The position numbers and the translations under genes are program-made. 64,000 nucleotides of DNA from an uncultured Clostridia bacterium (GTDB lineage: Bacteria; Bacillota; Clostridia; Christensenellales; Borkfalkiaceae). The stretch spans positions 9,733 to 73,732 of the forward strand of contig CALGVF010000082.1 in the NCBI GenBank assembly GCA_937920115.1, in the 5' to 3' direction. Under the pieces are notes generated by a model. The model had not been told where the DNA came from, did no database searches, and saw nothing but the letters and a program-made list of their open reading frames with translations. Positions 49,384 through 60,400 of this stretch are shown in pieces. Positions within the stretch are counted from its first letter, which is position 1; every line of letters starts with the position of its first letter.

Positions 49384-50430
49384 ATGGGTGGAATTGAGAA
49401 AAACGACGGAAAAGACCAAAGCGCGGTATTTGTCGGCAAGAAAAAGAAGTTCGCCGAAAAACTAAGAGATAACATACAGAAATTATTGATAGTCGCGGTA
49501 TCTGCCGTGTACATTTTTCAAGGCTTCTTCTCTTTATCGAAAAGAGATACGACGGTTTTGGAAATCCTCGGCAGTATCGGATTATCGATAATTATCGGTG
49601 TCGTGATATCCGCAAGTATGAACTCAATGGGCATAAAAGACGGGCGCAGAAGCGAATTATTTGAAGCGTCTATGAAAGCCTACGGAGAAGCGAAATCCAA
49701 ATCCACAAAATACTTCGATAAACTTCAGGCTTGGTGCGAGTACAAAAACTCAATCGATCTCGAAGCAAAGAAGAAAGATATCGTATTGACGGCAGGATTG
49801 TCGTGGAAAGGCTTTAAATTCGGGTATTACGACGAACACCCTGAAAGACTATCGGAAGAGCAGAAAAAGCAGTTAGAACGCGCGAAATCGGCTAAAATAG
49901 AAAAGTTATATTCGGGCGATCTTCTGAGCGACAGCAACAAAGATAAGTCGCTGTTCGGCAAGCCGTTCGGCAGATTCGGCAAATCGGAAAAAGATTATTC
50001 GTTGATTGTAAATACGTCCGATATGGTTTACAAAGTAGCAATCGGCATAGTCTGTGGTTTATATATGCTCAAGCCGATATTTTCCGAGCAGATTCTTGCG
50101 AATATGATATGGAACACATTGCAGATACTGTTGTGGTTGGCGTTCGGGTCTATGAAGTACGCAAACGCGAAATACTTTATGGAGTATGAATACAGACAAT
50201 CGCACGTTATTCAAAAAACAGAATGTATAAACGAATTCTTTATAACAATGGAGAACCGTCCCGAAGTTATCGAGCAGTTTGATGATGAAGTCGAAATCGA
50301 TAAATACATTTTGGAATTCATAAACGAAAAGGAGAGAGCAAGAAATGCCGAACAATCAGCAGACACCGCCGGCAGTAGTGACGGAAACACCGAATCAGAT
50401 TCCGATCCAACCGTCGAAAATGACGGTTAA
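49384..50430 (+). CDS. Multi-pass membrane protein
   Basis: 348 aa with several hydrophobic helices. RBS gagagg. Confidence 0.55.
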   Translation: MGGIEKNDGKDQSAVFVGKKKKFAEKLRDNIQKLLIVAVSAVYIFQGFFSLSKRDTTVLEILGSIGLSIIIGVVISASMNSMGIKDGRRSELFEASMKAYGEAKSKSTKYFDKLQAWCEYKNSIDLEAKKKDIVLTAGLSWKGFKFGYYDEHPERLSEEQKKQLERAKSAKIEKLYSGDLLSDSNKDKSLFGKPFGRFGKSEKDYSLIVNTSDMVYKVAIGIVCGLYMLKPIFSEQILANMIWNTLQILLWLAFGSMKYANAKYFMEYEYRQSHVIQKTECINEFFITMENRPEVIEQFDDEVEIDKYILEFINEKERARNAEQSADTAGSSDGNTESDSDPTVENDG

Positions 50431-50893
50431 AGAGTTCATTTTCAGGCTCTGCTTATATGTATTTATCGGCGGCATTTTGCCGTTTATATTCCTTGTTTGG
50501 CGGTTTGATTTGTTTAATCCGAACGCAAACAAGCCCGTAGTGATAGGCGGTTGGGGAATCGTTGCGATATTGTTTATTACGATATTCTTCCTTAAGACGT
50601 TGAAAGCGATCCGAAAAGGAATGATGTTTTCCGTATGGACGCGGGTTATAGACGCGATAACGAAAGTATTTATTCCTTTGCTTATCGCGATTATCGTAGT
50701 AAATTTTGTCGGAAGTATTCAGAAAGAATTGTTTCAGTTCTTGGTTGTAGTATTTTTGCTTGAGATACCCGCAACCGCGATAAATCCGATTCCGAGATGG
50801 ACTTACGAAAACAAAATCGAAGAAATGTCGCTTGGGTTAGGTAAAATCGCAAAGAATATCAAAGAACATTTATCAAAGTCTAAAGGGGAATAA
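50345..50893 (+). CDS. Multi-pass membrane protein
   Basis: 182 aa with a strong RBS aaggagag. Overlaps the upstream ORF by 86 nt in another frame. Confidence 0.5.
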   Translation: MPNNQQTPPAVVTETPNQIPIQPSKMTVKEFIFRLCLYVFIGGILPFIFLVWRFDLFNPNANKPVVIGGWGIVAILFITIFFLKTLKAIRKGMMFSVWTRVIDAITKVFIPLLIAIIVVNFVGSIQKELFQFLVVVFLLEIPATAINPIPRWTYENKIEEMSLGLGKIAKNIKEHLSKSKGE

Positions 50894-50895
50894 CA

Positions 50896-51273
50896 ATGCT
50901 TGACCTTTGGAACAGCAGAAGAGATATGTTTATAGAGTGCGAATGGTGGTCTGTAGATAAAAGAGAAATAATTCCCGCAGACCAAATTTGCTATAAACGG
51001 ACTCCGAACGGAACGTTTTTTGCTAAGGAAGTCAATTCGTACACGAGCGACAATCAGATAGTCGAAAGCGCGTTTATGGCTACGCAGAAAACAATCACGT
51101 TAGTTACGGGCGATAATCTGAGAACCCCGGTTGCGATAAAACAAAACGATATCGTAAGAATTGGCGACGATATATATCGTGTGGACGGAATTCAGGAAGC
51201 CCCGATTAAAAAGCAAAATCAGTATATGAATTATGGGAGCAGTCGCACAACTTATTTGAGTTTACGCGGTTGA
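50896..51273 (+). CDS. Virion/tail-module protein, function unknown
   Basis: 125 aa with RBS aaagggga. Confidence 0.5.
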   Translation: MLDLWNSRRDMFIECEWWSVDKREIIPADQICYKRTPNGTFFAKEVNSYTSDNQIVESAFMATQKTITLVTGDNLRTPVAIKQNDIVRIGDDIYRVDGIQEAPIKKQNQYMNYGSSRTTYLSLRG

Positions 51274-51279
51274 TAAGAT

Positions 51280-51639
51280 ATGGACGAAATTGACTGGGAT
51301 AAAGAAAAACTTAAACTCGCGCGGATTATCGTAAAGAATTTGAAAGCAGAGTTTTCGGTTTTTCATTTATCCGGTAATCTCGCGAATACGATAATCATAA
51401 CGAAATACAGTAGCGAATCTCAGAGCGGGTACGAGGTAAACATTCCCGCAGAGATATACGATATTCCGCTGTATAGACGAAAAGGCGTAGTGGTCCACAC
51501 AGGAAACGGCAGTTACGCAAACGAAGTCGATTTAAGCGGTGGGTTCAGCGGACGGCATAAAAACTATGTAGATAGGTGTATTCAGGCATCGATTCAGGAA
51601 TGGCTCAGTTTATCAAGGATAAAGGCAAAGGTTGAGTGA
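51280..51639 (+). CDS. Virion/tail-module protein, function unknown
   Basis: 119-aa ORF, tightly packed. Confidence 0.5.
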   Translation: MDEIDWDKEKLKLARIIVKNLKAEFSVFHLSGNLANTIIITKYSSESQSGYEVNIPAEIYDIPLYRRKGVVVHTGNGSYANEVDLSGGFSGRHKNYVDRCIQASIQEWLSLSRIKAKVE

Positions 51640-51640
51640 A

Positions 51641-52462
51641 ATGGCAGGTTTGGATTATAATGCACTTGTAGAAATGATACGTAACAATATTGCGGACGTT
51701 ATGACCGATCCGTTTTATGACGGTTACGATATCGAGGTCACGAATGAAATGCAGTTTCTCGAGAAGAAAGAGGGCTATAGAAATCGCATTTACATTGTTG
51801 TGAAGTTCGCTCCCGCGACGACGTTTTTCGGGCAGACTGTATTGAGTTTCACCGTTACCGCGATTTCCGAACATAATCACTGCTTTGTCTGCCAAAAACT
51901 GTTATCTGATTACGCTCAGAAATACAACTTAGAACAAGCAGATTATATTCAGCAGATATACGAAACGCCCTCGGTTATATTGAACTTTAACGAGGTGTAC
52001 GAGGGTTTTGCCGCTGTTATGGCTATGAGCGGCACGTTCGTTATCGCTAAAGACATTGCGAGGATAAGTTTCGAGTATATATACACAGATGAAGATGGTA
52101 ATGAGCAACCGCCCGAAACAGTAAATGCAATAACAAATTACTGTCAGTTTAATAACGACGTTGACAGTCAGGCGTTTTACGGAACGCACGATATCGCGGA
52201 TTCTATAGCGAGAATAGGCTCGTTTTCTTGCGGATTATCGACGTATCTTTTCAACAACAGTCAACTGATTAAAGACTGTTTAAAACTTGTGCAACTTGCC
52301 CAAAAAGACGCTACTCCGCTCGCAAATATAGATAAAAAGTTCAAGATTGTAGTACATTTCGGCGATATGCTTGCAATGACTGTAGATATGAAACTTATAT
52401 CTTTTAACTCCGAAGGCTCGTTGGGCGATTTGCCGATAGTATCTATATCTTTCGCAAAATAA
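51641..52462 (+). CDS. Virion/tail-module protein, function unknown
   Basis: 273 aa from the ATG at 51641. The track start at 51632 is TTG. Confidence 0.5.
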   Translation: MAGLDYNALVEMIRNNIADVMTDPFYDGYDIEVTNEMQFLEKKEGYRNRIYIVVKFAPATTFFGQTVLSFTVTAISEHNHCFVCQKLLSDYAQKYNLEQADYIQQIYETPSVILNFNEVYEGFAAVMAMSGTFVIAKDIARISFEYIYTDEDGNEQPPETVNAITNYCQFNNDVDSQAFYGTHDIADSIARIGSFSCGLSTYLFNNSQLIKDCLKLVQLAQKDATPLANIDKKFKIVVHFGDMLAMTVDMKLISFNSEGSLGDLPIVSISFAK

Positions 52463-52473
52463 GGCGGTGAATT

Positions 52474-53049
52474 ATGGCGGCTCAATCAAGTAAACGTGTT
52501 GTAACGATCCGAATCGTCGGCGGTGGCGGGAGCGGCGATAGTGGCGAAAAGAAAACTAAGAAAAAATCCGTCGAATTCGATCCGAGAAAAATTTTATCAA
52601 AAGCGTTGGACGATGCGTTTCCGACTTTAGCAAAAGTAAAAAATAGCGAGTTGGCTCAGTTTACTATCAAAAAAGCGGGCGCGGTGCTGAATTCGTCTGT
52701 GTCTTACGCGACGAACAGATATTTTTCGCTTAAAGAAGATTATTTATCCGAAAACGTATACAACAATATTAAATCGGGCGTAACAAAAGGCTTAGGAATG
52801 GCAAGTAGTTTAATATCCGGTGCGGCGGCAGGTGCAAAAACCGGAAGCGTTTTCGGACCTGTAGGAACGGCAGTAGGCGCGGTTCTTGGTGCTTCGGTCG
52901 GTGGGTTCGGATATGGACTGAATCAATACGTTCAGTATCAGCAGAAAATGAGCGGGTATTATCAGCAATTAAACGCCACAAACGCTCAGACGCAGTTCCA
53001 AGCAAAACGTTTAGGATTATCTAACGAGGGACAAAACACTCTGAATTAA
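52474..53049 (+). CDS. Gly-zipper membrane-active virion protein (tentative)
   Basis: 191 aa with the glycine-zipper-like segment GAAAGAKTGSVFGPVGTAVGAVLGASVGGFGYG. Confidence 0.5.
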   Translation: MAAQSSKRVVTIRIVGGGGSGDSGEKKTKKKSVEFDPRKILSKALDDAFPTLAKVKNSELAQFTIKKAGAVLNSSVSYATNRYFSLKEDYLSENVYNNIKSGVTKGLGMASSLISGAAAGAKTGSVFGPVGTAVGAVLGASVGGFGYGLNQYVQYQQKMSGYYQQLNATNAQTQFQAKRLGLSNEGQNTLN

Positions 53050-53059
53050 AGGGGCAATT

Positions 53060-56000
53060 ATGAATTTAAGAGCAACAATAAACGGCAAACAATACGATAT
53101 ATTACAAGGGGCTACTTTCGCAGAAGAATTCAATGAAACTCTCGATAGTGGCTCTATTGTTATAAGCGGAGTAGAGAAGATAAACGATTTATTGCCTTAC
53201 GATGACGTTTATATTTATTCTTTTACTGATCCGAATTATAAGTTCAAGGGCTATCCGTTTGACACTGATAATCCGCAACCGAAGTTTTATAAGCATTTGC
53301 TTGTGGATCAATTTACCGAAGAAGTTTTAAGGCTCGGCGACGATCGGAATGCAGGAGTTTATAAATACAAAATCGAGTTGATGAGCGAAACGAAAAAACT
53401 CGAAACGATTCAGTTGCCGAATATTTCGATAACTCAGCCGATAACTTCTACAAAGACTTCTACATGGATTCATATACTTCGTTTTGTAAATTTATATTCT
53501 CCCACATATAAGATAAAAACATCTGATGCTATTACAGACGGCGTAAGAAAATGGACAACACAGAAAAAATATACAGTAAGTAGCGATTTAGAAGCGGTTT
53601 TCGGGAATGTGTATACGCCCGATTTCGTGTTAAACGCTCCGTCTTTAAGAGTCTTATTATCAAAACTCTTTCTCGTAAAAGATATGATCCCGTATGTGAA
53701 AGACGATGTTATATACGGTATGGATATATCTAAACGGGGCAAGGAATTTGATGCCAACGATAAATATGTAAATATTATTACGGGTACGCGTACAAGCGAC
53801 AACCATTGCGACAATTTAAGACGTAATTATTCCGATGCGTTAGTTCAGGACAGAACTTGTCGTTCTGTGGAGTATGTAGGATTCAGAAACAGCGATAACG
53901 CATTAATGACTATCTCAAATATGCGTCTTGAACTCGGTATGCCTATTTATAAAATTCGTAAAATTTATCTTTGTTATTATAAAGATATAAAGGTAAATTA
54001 TACTAATGCAATAAACGAAAGTGATAGAGAGAAGGGCGTTCAAGACGGTGTAATGCTTTGTAAACAAGACATTACAAAATTAGTTAAACTCAACACTGAG
54101 CGTAATTTATTAAGTCAAGATTGGGAAGATTTAGAAGTTACTAAACCACCGAAGTCTGTTGATGAAATGGCACAATATAAATATTGTACAGTCGGATACG
54201 ATATAGGCTCGAGATATATAACTGGTTGGGGAGATATTTATACTTACCCGACATTTTGGAATGACAATAAATATACTTCGGTTCAGAATATTGTTTCTAA
54301 AATGGATTATTTCTATCCGTATGGTATTTATAATGCACAATACGTCGCAAAACAATTTGGTGAGGGTTGCACTGTTTACTCATTATTAGACGCGTCATTT
54401 TGGGCGCAACTTATAAATACGAACATTAGAGATAATTCTAACGGTACCGTAGATACATTTTTTAGTACAGTAGAAAGTCCATTTACAAACCCAAGTCTTA
54501 AATTGAAAGGTTTGTTCTTTATAGTGGATTATGAGGGGTTCTATAACGGCACAATAGTTCATTCCAAAAAGAACCACAGAGATGATATAACAATAAACGA
54601 TAACGCTTCGGAATCATTGACTTTGGTTGAACAGGACGCAATATTTCAAAGTGAGAAGGTAAATAGATTTGGAAATAAAGCCTTACAGATAAATGCAAGA
54701 TACGACACGTTTTACGATCCAAACGATGAAACACAGGAGTTACTACAGCCTTTAGCAAGCGTTTACAGTTCAAATTATGAGGACGATGTTGTAATATATC
54801 ACAGAGAATATTCAATTTATAATAATTGTGTTCAATGTATTTATTATGGCATAAAGAATTACGTTTTAAAGAATTGGTTTACGTCTGTTTATGCGAAATA
54901 CAGAACGTGGAATTTAATGTCATACAACGAAAGTGTAAGACGTGCAGAAAACGAAAAAGAATATATTTATTGGTCGGAAGATGAGTTATATTATGAAAAG
55001 AAACCTCTATTCGGGAATTATTCTTCTGATAATAGCAATGTTTTAAACGATTTAATAAGTTGTTTTTCGTCATTAAATTATAGTGATATTATAGGCATAC
55101 AAAGTTTTTCTACGCCCAAAAAAATAGACACTGCTTATATTATATCAGATAAAATCTTATACGATACTCCTGATACAAATGGAATTCCTGGAGATAGAAA
55201 GATTGACGAAAGCGAGTATTTTTCTTCTGATTTAAACGCGTTTATTGCAAATAACTCAATGTGTTTTAATTTTAAATTAAACGACAACTTTTCGCAGGGT
55301 GTTTATATTTCAAAAGCCGAGCCGTTTATTGGTGGAAGATATAACGACGATGACGGCACCCTGATCTCCGACACAGATTGGGCGAATCAACCATGGGATT
55401 TCTTTACAGAGCCTGCAAATTCGGATTATTCTGGAAGTAAGCAAGATTATTATTCTATTATTGATAAAGAGCCTTTAACGGGTGATACTCAGTCATTGGG
55501 CTTTTATGTTGGGCAAAAACCATCTTCGTATTCGGTAGATTTATGGAAAAGCAATGAGAAAAAATCAGAATTAACCAAAGCAGTCACAAATTTTTATACA
55601 GATCGAATTTTTACAGTTCCAAAATTGAATAATGCAGATTCGTTCAAACAACAAATCGGTATACGTAAGAATTTTTATAAAGATAACAAATCTTTTATTG
55701 ATATGACTTTGCAGATTGAAAATTTAACAATGTCTAATGATATTATTCTTTCCCCTTGGATAATGAAACTTTCTAATTTGCTTGGAGATTATCCAAAATT
55801 TGATAGCACTATTAAAGATACTTCACATCCGATAAATGGTGGTACGCAGTATATTATTTCGGAGTTTCTTTCAGAAGAAATAACTGAAACGGGATCTTCC
55901 ATGGCATTTAACAGTCCGATAATAACGTTAAAATTTTCTTCTGATTTTATAAATTCCGCTGTTGATTCAACATTATATGATTTTGCCTCTACTTTTAATT

Positions 56001-57397
56001 TTACATTGGTTTCTGCGAATCCGACCGCAAATTTATCTATAGGTAAAGTTATGTTAAATAAATTTGCTTGTAAAAAAATCAGATTTAAAGAAAATAAAAC
56101 AATATTAGAGTTGTGTGGAATTTTATCAATGTGGTATCATCCATCGTTAGGAACATTTACAAATTTAGACATTCCTTTTGTTTTTACATTGTTACGAATG
56201 GGAAATAAAGGTTCGCTTGTGAGTTCTATAATGCCTGACGCAGATCAGTCCCAAAATAATTTTGGTACTTCGTTAAACAGTTCACTTATTTATTATTCAA
56301 GTCTAATTAACAAACCACAAACCTATGATTGGGATGGTGCTTATAATGCATCTGCTAATCTCAACGGAGGTTATCCGATAATTCCCGGAGATATTGCAGG
56401 CGGATATCAGACAGACTCTGATTATACAACAAAGGATTATAGTCAAGGAACATTTGTATTTCAATATAACAATGAAACGGTAACTCTTCCCAAAAACACT
56501 TCTAATCCTTTATCATTCTATATAAGAATAGATCTTAATCAACGCCCATTATATGATACTGATAAACGAAAATCTTGGAATGGATTAAATATAACTACTT
56601 TGCATAGTATTGTTTCTGGCGGCGAAATAATAAATGACAATGCAGTATGCGCAACATACTACAAAAATATGTTTTTGCGTTACGACACCAAAAATGATCT
56701 TGATTCTCAATCGTTAAAAGATTCATATAAATACAGCGAAATAGAAAACGATTCATCTTTTGATTTTGTAAATAGAGTTTCGAGATGTTTTGTTTCGCAG
56801 TTGTATTATACTAAATTTCCATACATAGAAATTCCATCTTTATATGAGGTAAGAAATGCGGACGGCACAATTTTTCAAGGCACATGGAGAGATTGCAAAA
56901 TAACATTATCTACACAAACTACTGTGGTAAAATTTGAAGATATTTATTTAGCGACTCCAAGAGATTCCTATCGTTATATAAAGACAATAATATCGGCAGA
57001 TGGTAAATGTTTTTCCGTGGATTCACAAGTTTATCAAACAGGAGATACGCAATATATTATAGAATATAATCCTAATTTAACCGCCACAAAACTAAAAGCC
57101 CTGTCTTTTTGGTATTTAAACGATTCTCAGAACGGATATACAACTGCCGTGGATTCTATGGGATATGTTTCAAAGTTTAAGTACAATCCCGACAATTGTT
57201 ATTGTCATTTCGTATTCGGAGTAAATATAGACGATAATTTCTCGAGAAAAATATATCTGTCTATGCTTAAGAAAAAAGATTTGCGAGTATTTGACGAGTA
57301 TCATCAAGTAATAGGTGAATCTAAGAATTATCTCGAGCCTGACGGAACAATAGATAATAATTACGGCGACGGACAATTTTTTACTGAAAAAAAATAA
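53060..57397 (+). CDS. Very large virion (tail/baseplate-like) protein, 1445 aa
   Basis: Uninterrupted ORF with RBS aaagggg. Asn/Tyr/Asp-rich, beta-like composition. Sits in the tail module. Confidence 0.6.
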   Translation: MNLRATINGKQYDILQGATFAEEFNETLDSGSIVISGVEKINDLLPYDDVYIYSFTDPNYKFKGYPFDTDNPQPKFYKHLLVDQFTEEVLRLGDDRNAGVYKYKIELMSETKKLETIQLPNISITQPITSTKTSTWIHILRFVNLYSPTYKIKTSDAITDGVRKWTTQKKYTVSSDLEAVFGNVYTPDFVLNAPSLRVLLSKLFLVKDMIPYVKDDVIYGMDISKRGKEFDANDKYVNIITGTRTSDNHCDNLRRNYSDALVQDRTCRSVEYVGFRNSDNALMTISNMRLELGMPIYKIRKIYLCYYKDIKVNYTNAINESDREKGVQDGVMLCKQDITKLVKLNTERNLLSQDWEDLEVTKPPKSVDEMAQYKYCTVGYDIGSRYITGWGDIYTYPTFWNDNKYTSVQNIVSKMDYFYPYGIYNAQYVAKQFGEGCTVYSLLDASFWAQLINTNIRDNSNGTVDTFFSTVESPFTNPSLKLKGLFFIVDYEGFYNGTIVHSKKNHRDDITINDNASESLTLVEQDAIFQSEKVNRFGNKALQINARYDTFYDPNDETQELLQPLASVYSSNYEDDVVIYHREYSIYNNCVQCIYYGIKNYVLKNWFTSVYAKYRTWNLMSYNESVRRAENEKEYIYWSEDELYYEKKPLFGNYSSDNSNVLNDLISCFSSLNYSDIIGIQSFSTPKKIDTAYIISDKILYDTPDTNGIPGDRKIDESEYFSSDLNAFIANNSMCFNFKLNDNFSQGVYISKAEPFIGGRYNDDDGTLISDTDWANQPWDFFTEPANSDYSGSKQDYYSIIDKEPLTGDTQSLGFYVGQKPSSYSVDLWKSNEKKSELTKAVTNFYTDRIFTVPKLNNADSFKQQIGIRKNFYKDNKSFIDMTLQIENLTMSNDIILSPWIMKLSNLLGDYPKFDSTIKDTSHPINGGTQYIISEFLSEEITETGSSMAFNSPIITLKFSSDFINSAVDSTLYDFASTFNFTLVSANPTANLSIGKVMLNKFACKKIRFKENKTILELCGILSMWYHPSLGTFTNLDIPFVFTLLRMGNKGSLVSSIMPDADQSQNNFGTSLNSSLIYYSSLINKPQTYDWDGAYNASANLNGGYPIIPGDIAGGYQTDSDYTTKDYSQGTFVFQYNNETVTLPKNTSNPLSFYIRIDLNQRPLYDTDKRKSWNGLNITTLHSIVSGGEIINDNAVCATYYKNMFLRYDTKNDLDSQSLKDSYKYSEIENDSSFDFVNRVSRCFVSQLYYTKFPYIEIPSLYEVRNADGTIFQGTWRDCKITLSTQTTVVKFEDIYLATPRDSYRYIKTIISADGKCFSVDSQVYQTGDTQYIIEYNPNLTATKLKALSFWYLNDSQNGYTTAVDSMGYVSKFKYNPDNCYCHFVFGVNIDDNFSRKIYLSMLKKKDLRVFDEYHQVIGESKNYLEPDGTIDNNYGDGQFFTEKK

Positions 57398-57454
57398 TCA
57401 AAACTCTTGTCCTTTTACAAAATTTGTGCTACAATAAAAATGAGGTACTAAAAT

Positions 57455-60400
57455 ATGTTTTTATATTTCGATAAAAGTCTTACACTGAAAACTAAAATAG
57501 ACCACGGGGAAAGACCAAGACAAGGCAGTGATTTGAATATTACTGTCTGTCTTGATGCTGATTTTTGGAAAGATACCGAAAAATGGGGCGTAAACGGTAA
57601 CGATTTATGGATTATTAAATTAGTCCTTACGGTCCCGGATAAAACTCAATCAATCCCGTTTGCTTCCGATAAGGGCGAACTTCGCGTTTTTGAAAAATTA
57701 TACGAAAGCGAAATTGTTTATGACCTTGTGCCGGGAACGTCGTATTACATGTACGATTTCCAAATCCCCGCTAAGGTTGCGACGGAACAATTTGGGAAAC
57801 TTAAGGCGAGTTTTAGTTTCAAGAGAAGCATAAGTACCGACGATTATGTTAAATTAGCCTCTGCCGATCAGTGGAATAACAACTATTCGAGCGTCATTCT
57901 TAAGGCGGATGAGGTTGGAATATCTTATAATGTTGCAGGTTCGGAATATAAGAAAATGGTCGGAGATGGGAAAACCACCGCTTCAAATCTTATAAAAACG
58001 CCCATTGCTTACGGTAAAAATGAACCTACAAGTTTAACTGACACATCTTCCGGATATTATTACGAAATAAACCAACAGTCCGTGTGGATTTATGGAAATG
58101 TAGAATATTATGATTCTATAACAAATTCCACACAGACTATTCCACAATGGATTCGTGCATTGCAATTTAATCCAAACGTTGATGTTTCGATGAAAAATGA
58201 CGAAACGCAGGCTTTAGGAACTGCCGAAATAACCGTAGAAAAGACCGTCGGATATGCTCAGAAAGTTATTGACCAACTTATTTCGATAAAGTATGAGGAT
58301 ATAATGCGTGAATTTACGAAAGTTTACGCGGCGATAAACATTGCGGGAACGCGTCCTGACTGGACCGAAGATAACACGAACTCTCCCGCGTTTATTCTGA
58401 ATAAACCCGACATCGAAAAAATGCACGCGGAACTTGAGGCGAAGTTAAACGATAACTTGATTCAAGCCGCATTGATTTCGCCTGAGAATACCTATATTGT
58501 ATGGAAAGGCGAAAGTTTCCCTGGGGCGGACGTTTCGGGGTTTAAGGCTAAGGCGGGATTTAAAATCGATTTCGGCGACGGTGAACATACAAGTTTTGAT
58601 AAGGCAAGCGACAATATCGTAACGCATAGTTATAAAGACGGTATTGATTATCACTTGATAAGTGTAAATACGCTTTATGCGGATATGTTTAAAGATTGCA
58701 GTTCGGTTATTAGCGTTATAATCGGTAATAATGTTAAGTCCGTTCTTGAAAATACATTTTATAATTGCTCGGCTTTAAAAAAAGTAATAATTTCTAATTT
58801 CGTAACTCGAATTTATCCTTTTGCATTTGAGGCTTGTATAGGATTAGAGGAGATTACATTTGGTAAAAACATATCCATAATAGGCAATCAGGCATTTGTA
58901 TCTTGTCATGCTTTATCTGAAATAAAACTCGGATCGCAGGTTACATCTATAAGTGATGGCGCGTTTGCGGATAATAGAGTTTTTAAAACTGTTTATATTG
59001 AAACAACTACTCCGCCAACAATCGGAACAGGCGTATTCCCTACCAATATAGATAAGATTTTTGTCCCCGAGAGTGCATACGAGGCATATAAAACGGCTTG
59101 GTCGGCATATGCGGATAAGATTGTTTATAAGGTCGATAATTCGCATTTAACGAGCAAAGTCGATAAACTCGATTCCGATAGCACCGACTTAACCGAAAAT
59201 TCCGATGTTAAAGTTTACGCTCAGACTGCAGACAAAGAGGGTTACGTAAACGCTTCCGAAGCCAATAAAGAGCATACTATCGTAAAACGCGGCGCAAACA
59301 AAGAAATCAAAATCGGCGACGCAATACAAGCCGACGAAGCCACTTCGTTAGGGCAGTTGAATATCGCGAAAGACGATTTGAATAACAATATCGCGATAGA
59401 TCCGAACAAAACGTATATATTGTTTGTCGGTAAGACGATTGACATTTCTTGCGGTAGCAGTTTCTCGAATTATCAGATAGATATGGGCGACGGAGCAGTT
59501 TATCCGAAAGATACGACTGTAGACGGAACGCCGATTCATCATATTTACGCGAAAGACAGGGCGCATTTGATTGCTATCAGCGGAACTGCTCCGAACGATA
59601 CGTTTGATTTGGCGTTTTCGGGAACAGGCAATCTGTACAGAGTAATTCAGTTCGCAGACGGAATCAAGAAAATCGGAAACGTTATCGGCGAAACTGCTGT
59701 AAGAGTTTGCGTTCTGCCTGAAACGCTTGAAGAAATTACCGCAGAAAACACTTTTGCAAAAGCAAAGGTTGTTTATTGTCCTGCGACAAACCCGCCTACG
59801 ATTGCCACGGGTGTATTTGCAGATTCTGAAAAGATTTTTGTAAAAACGAGTGCTAACACTCAATATGTTGAGGCTTGGGGAAGTTTATCCGAAAAAATTG
59901 TAAGCGAGGTCGACAGTTCCGATCTTGAAGATTTAAAAGGTATCGGAACTCGACTCGTTCAGCATATATCGAATATAAATAATCCACACAAAGTTACGAA
60001 AGAGCAAGTCGGATTAGACAAAGTGGATAACACGTCCGACTTAGATAAACCGATTTCTAAAGCCACTCAAGCGGCTCTCGACCAAAAAATAGGCGCGGGC
60101 GGCGGCGCGATTGTCGGAGATATGACGATTCAGGGCAATCTTACTGTTCAGGGAACTGCAACGTATGAAAACGTACAGTCTTTAAATGTAAAAGATGCTA
60201 TAATCGTTACGAATATCGACGGTGAACCACTGGGAGCGGCATTATCAGGTCTTGCCATTAAGAAAAATTCGTCCAAGGTCTACGGGTTAATGTACGACCC
60301 GACGGACGATACCGTAAAATTCGGCGAAGGTGTTCTCGACGCGGAAAACAAACATTTCACGTTTTCTGAATACGAGGGCAAGCCGATTGCTACGAGAGCC

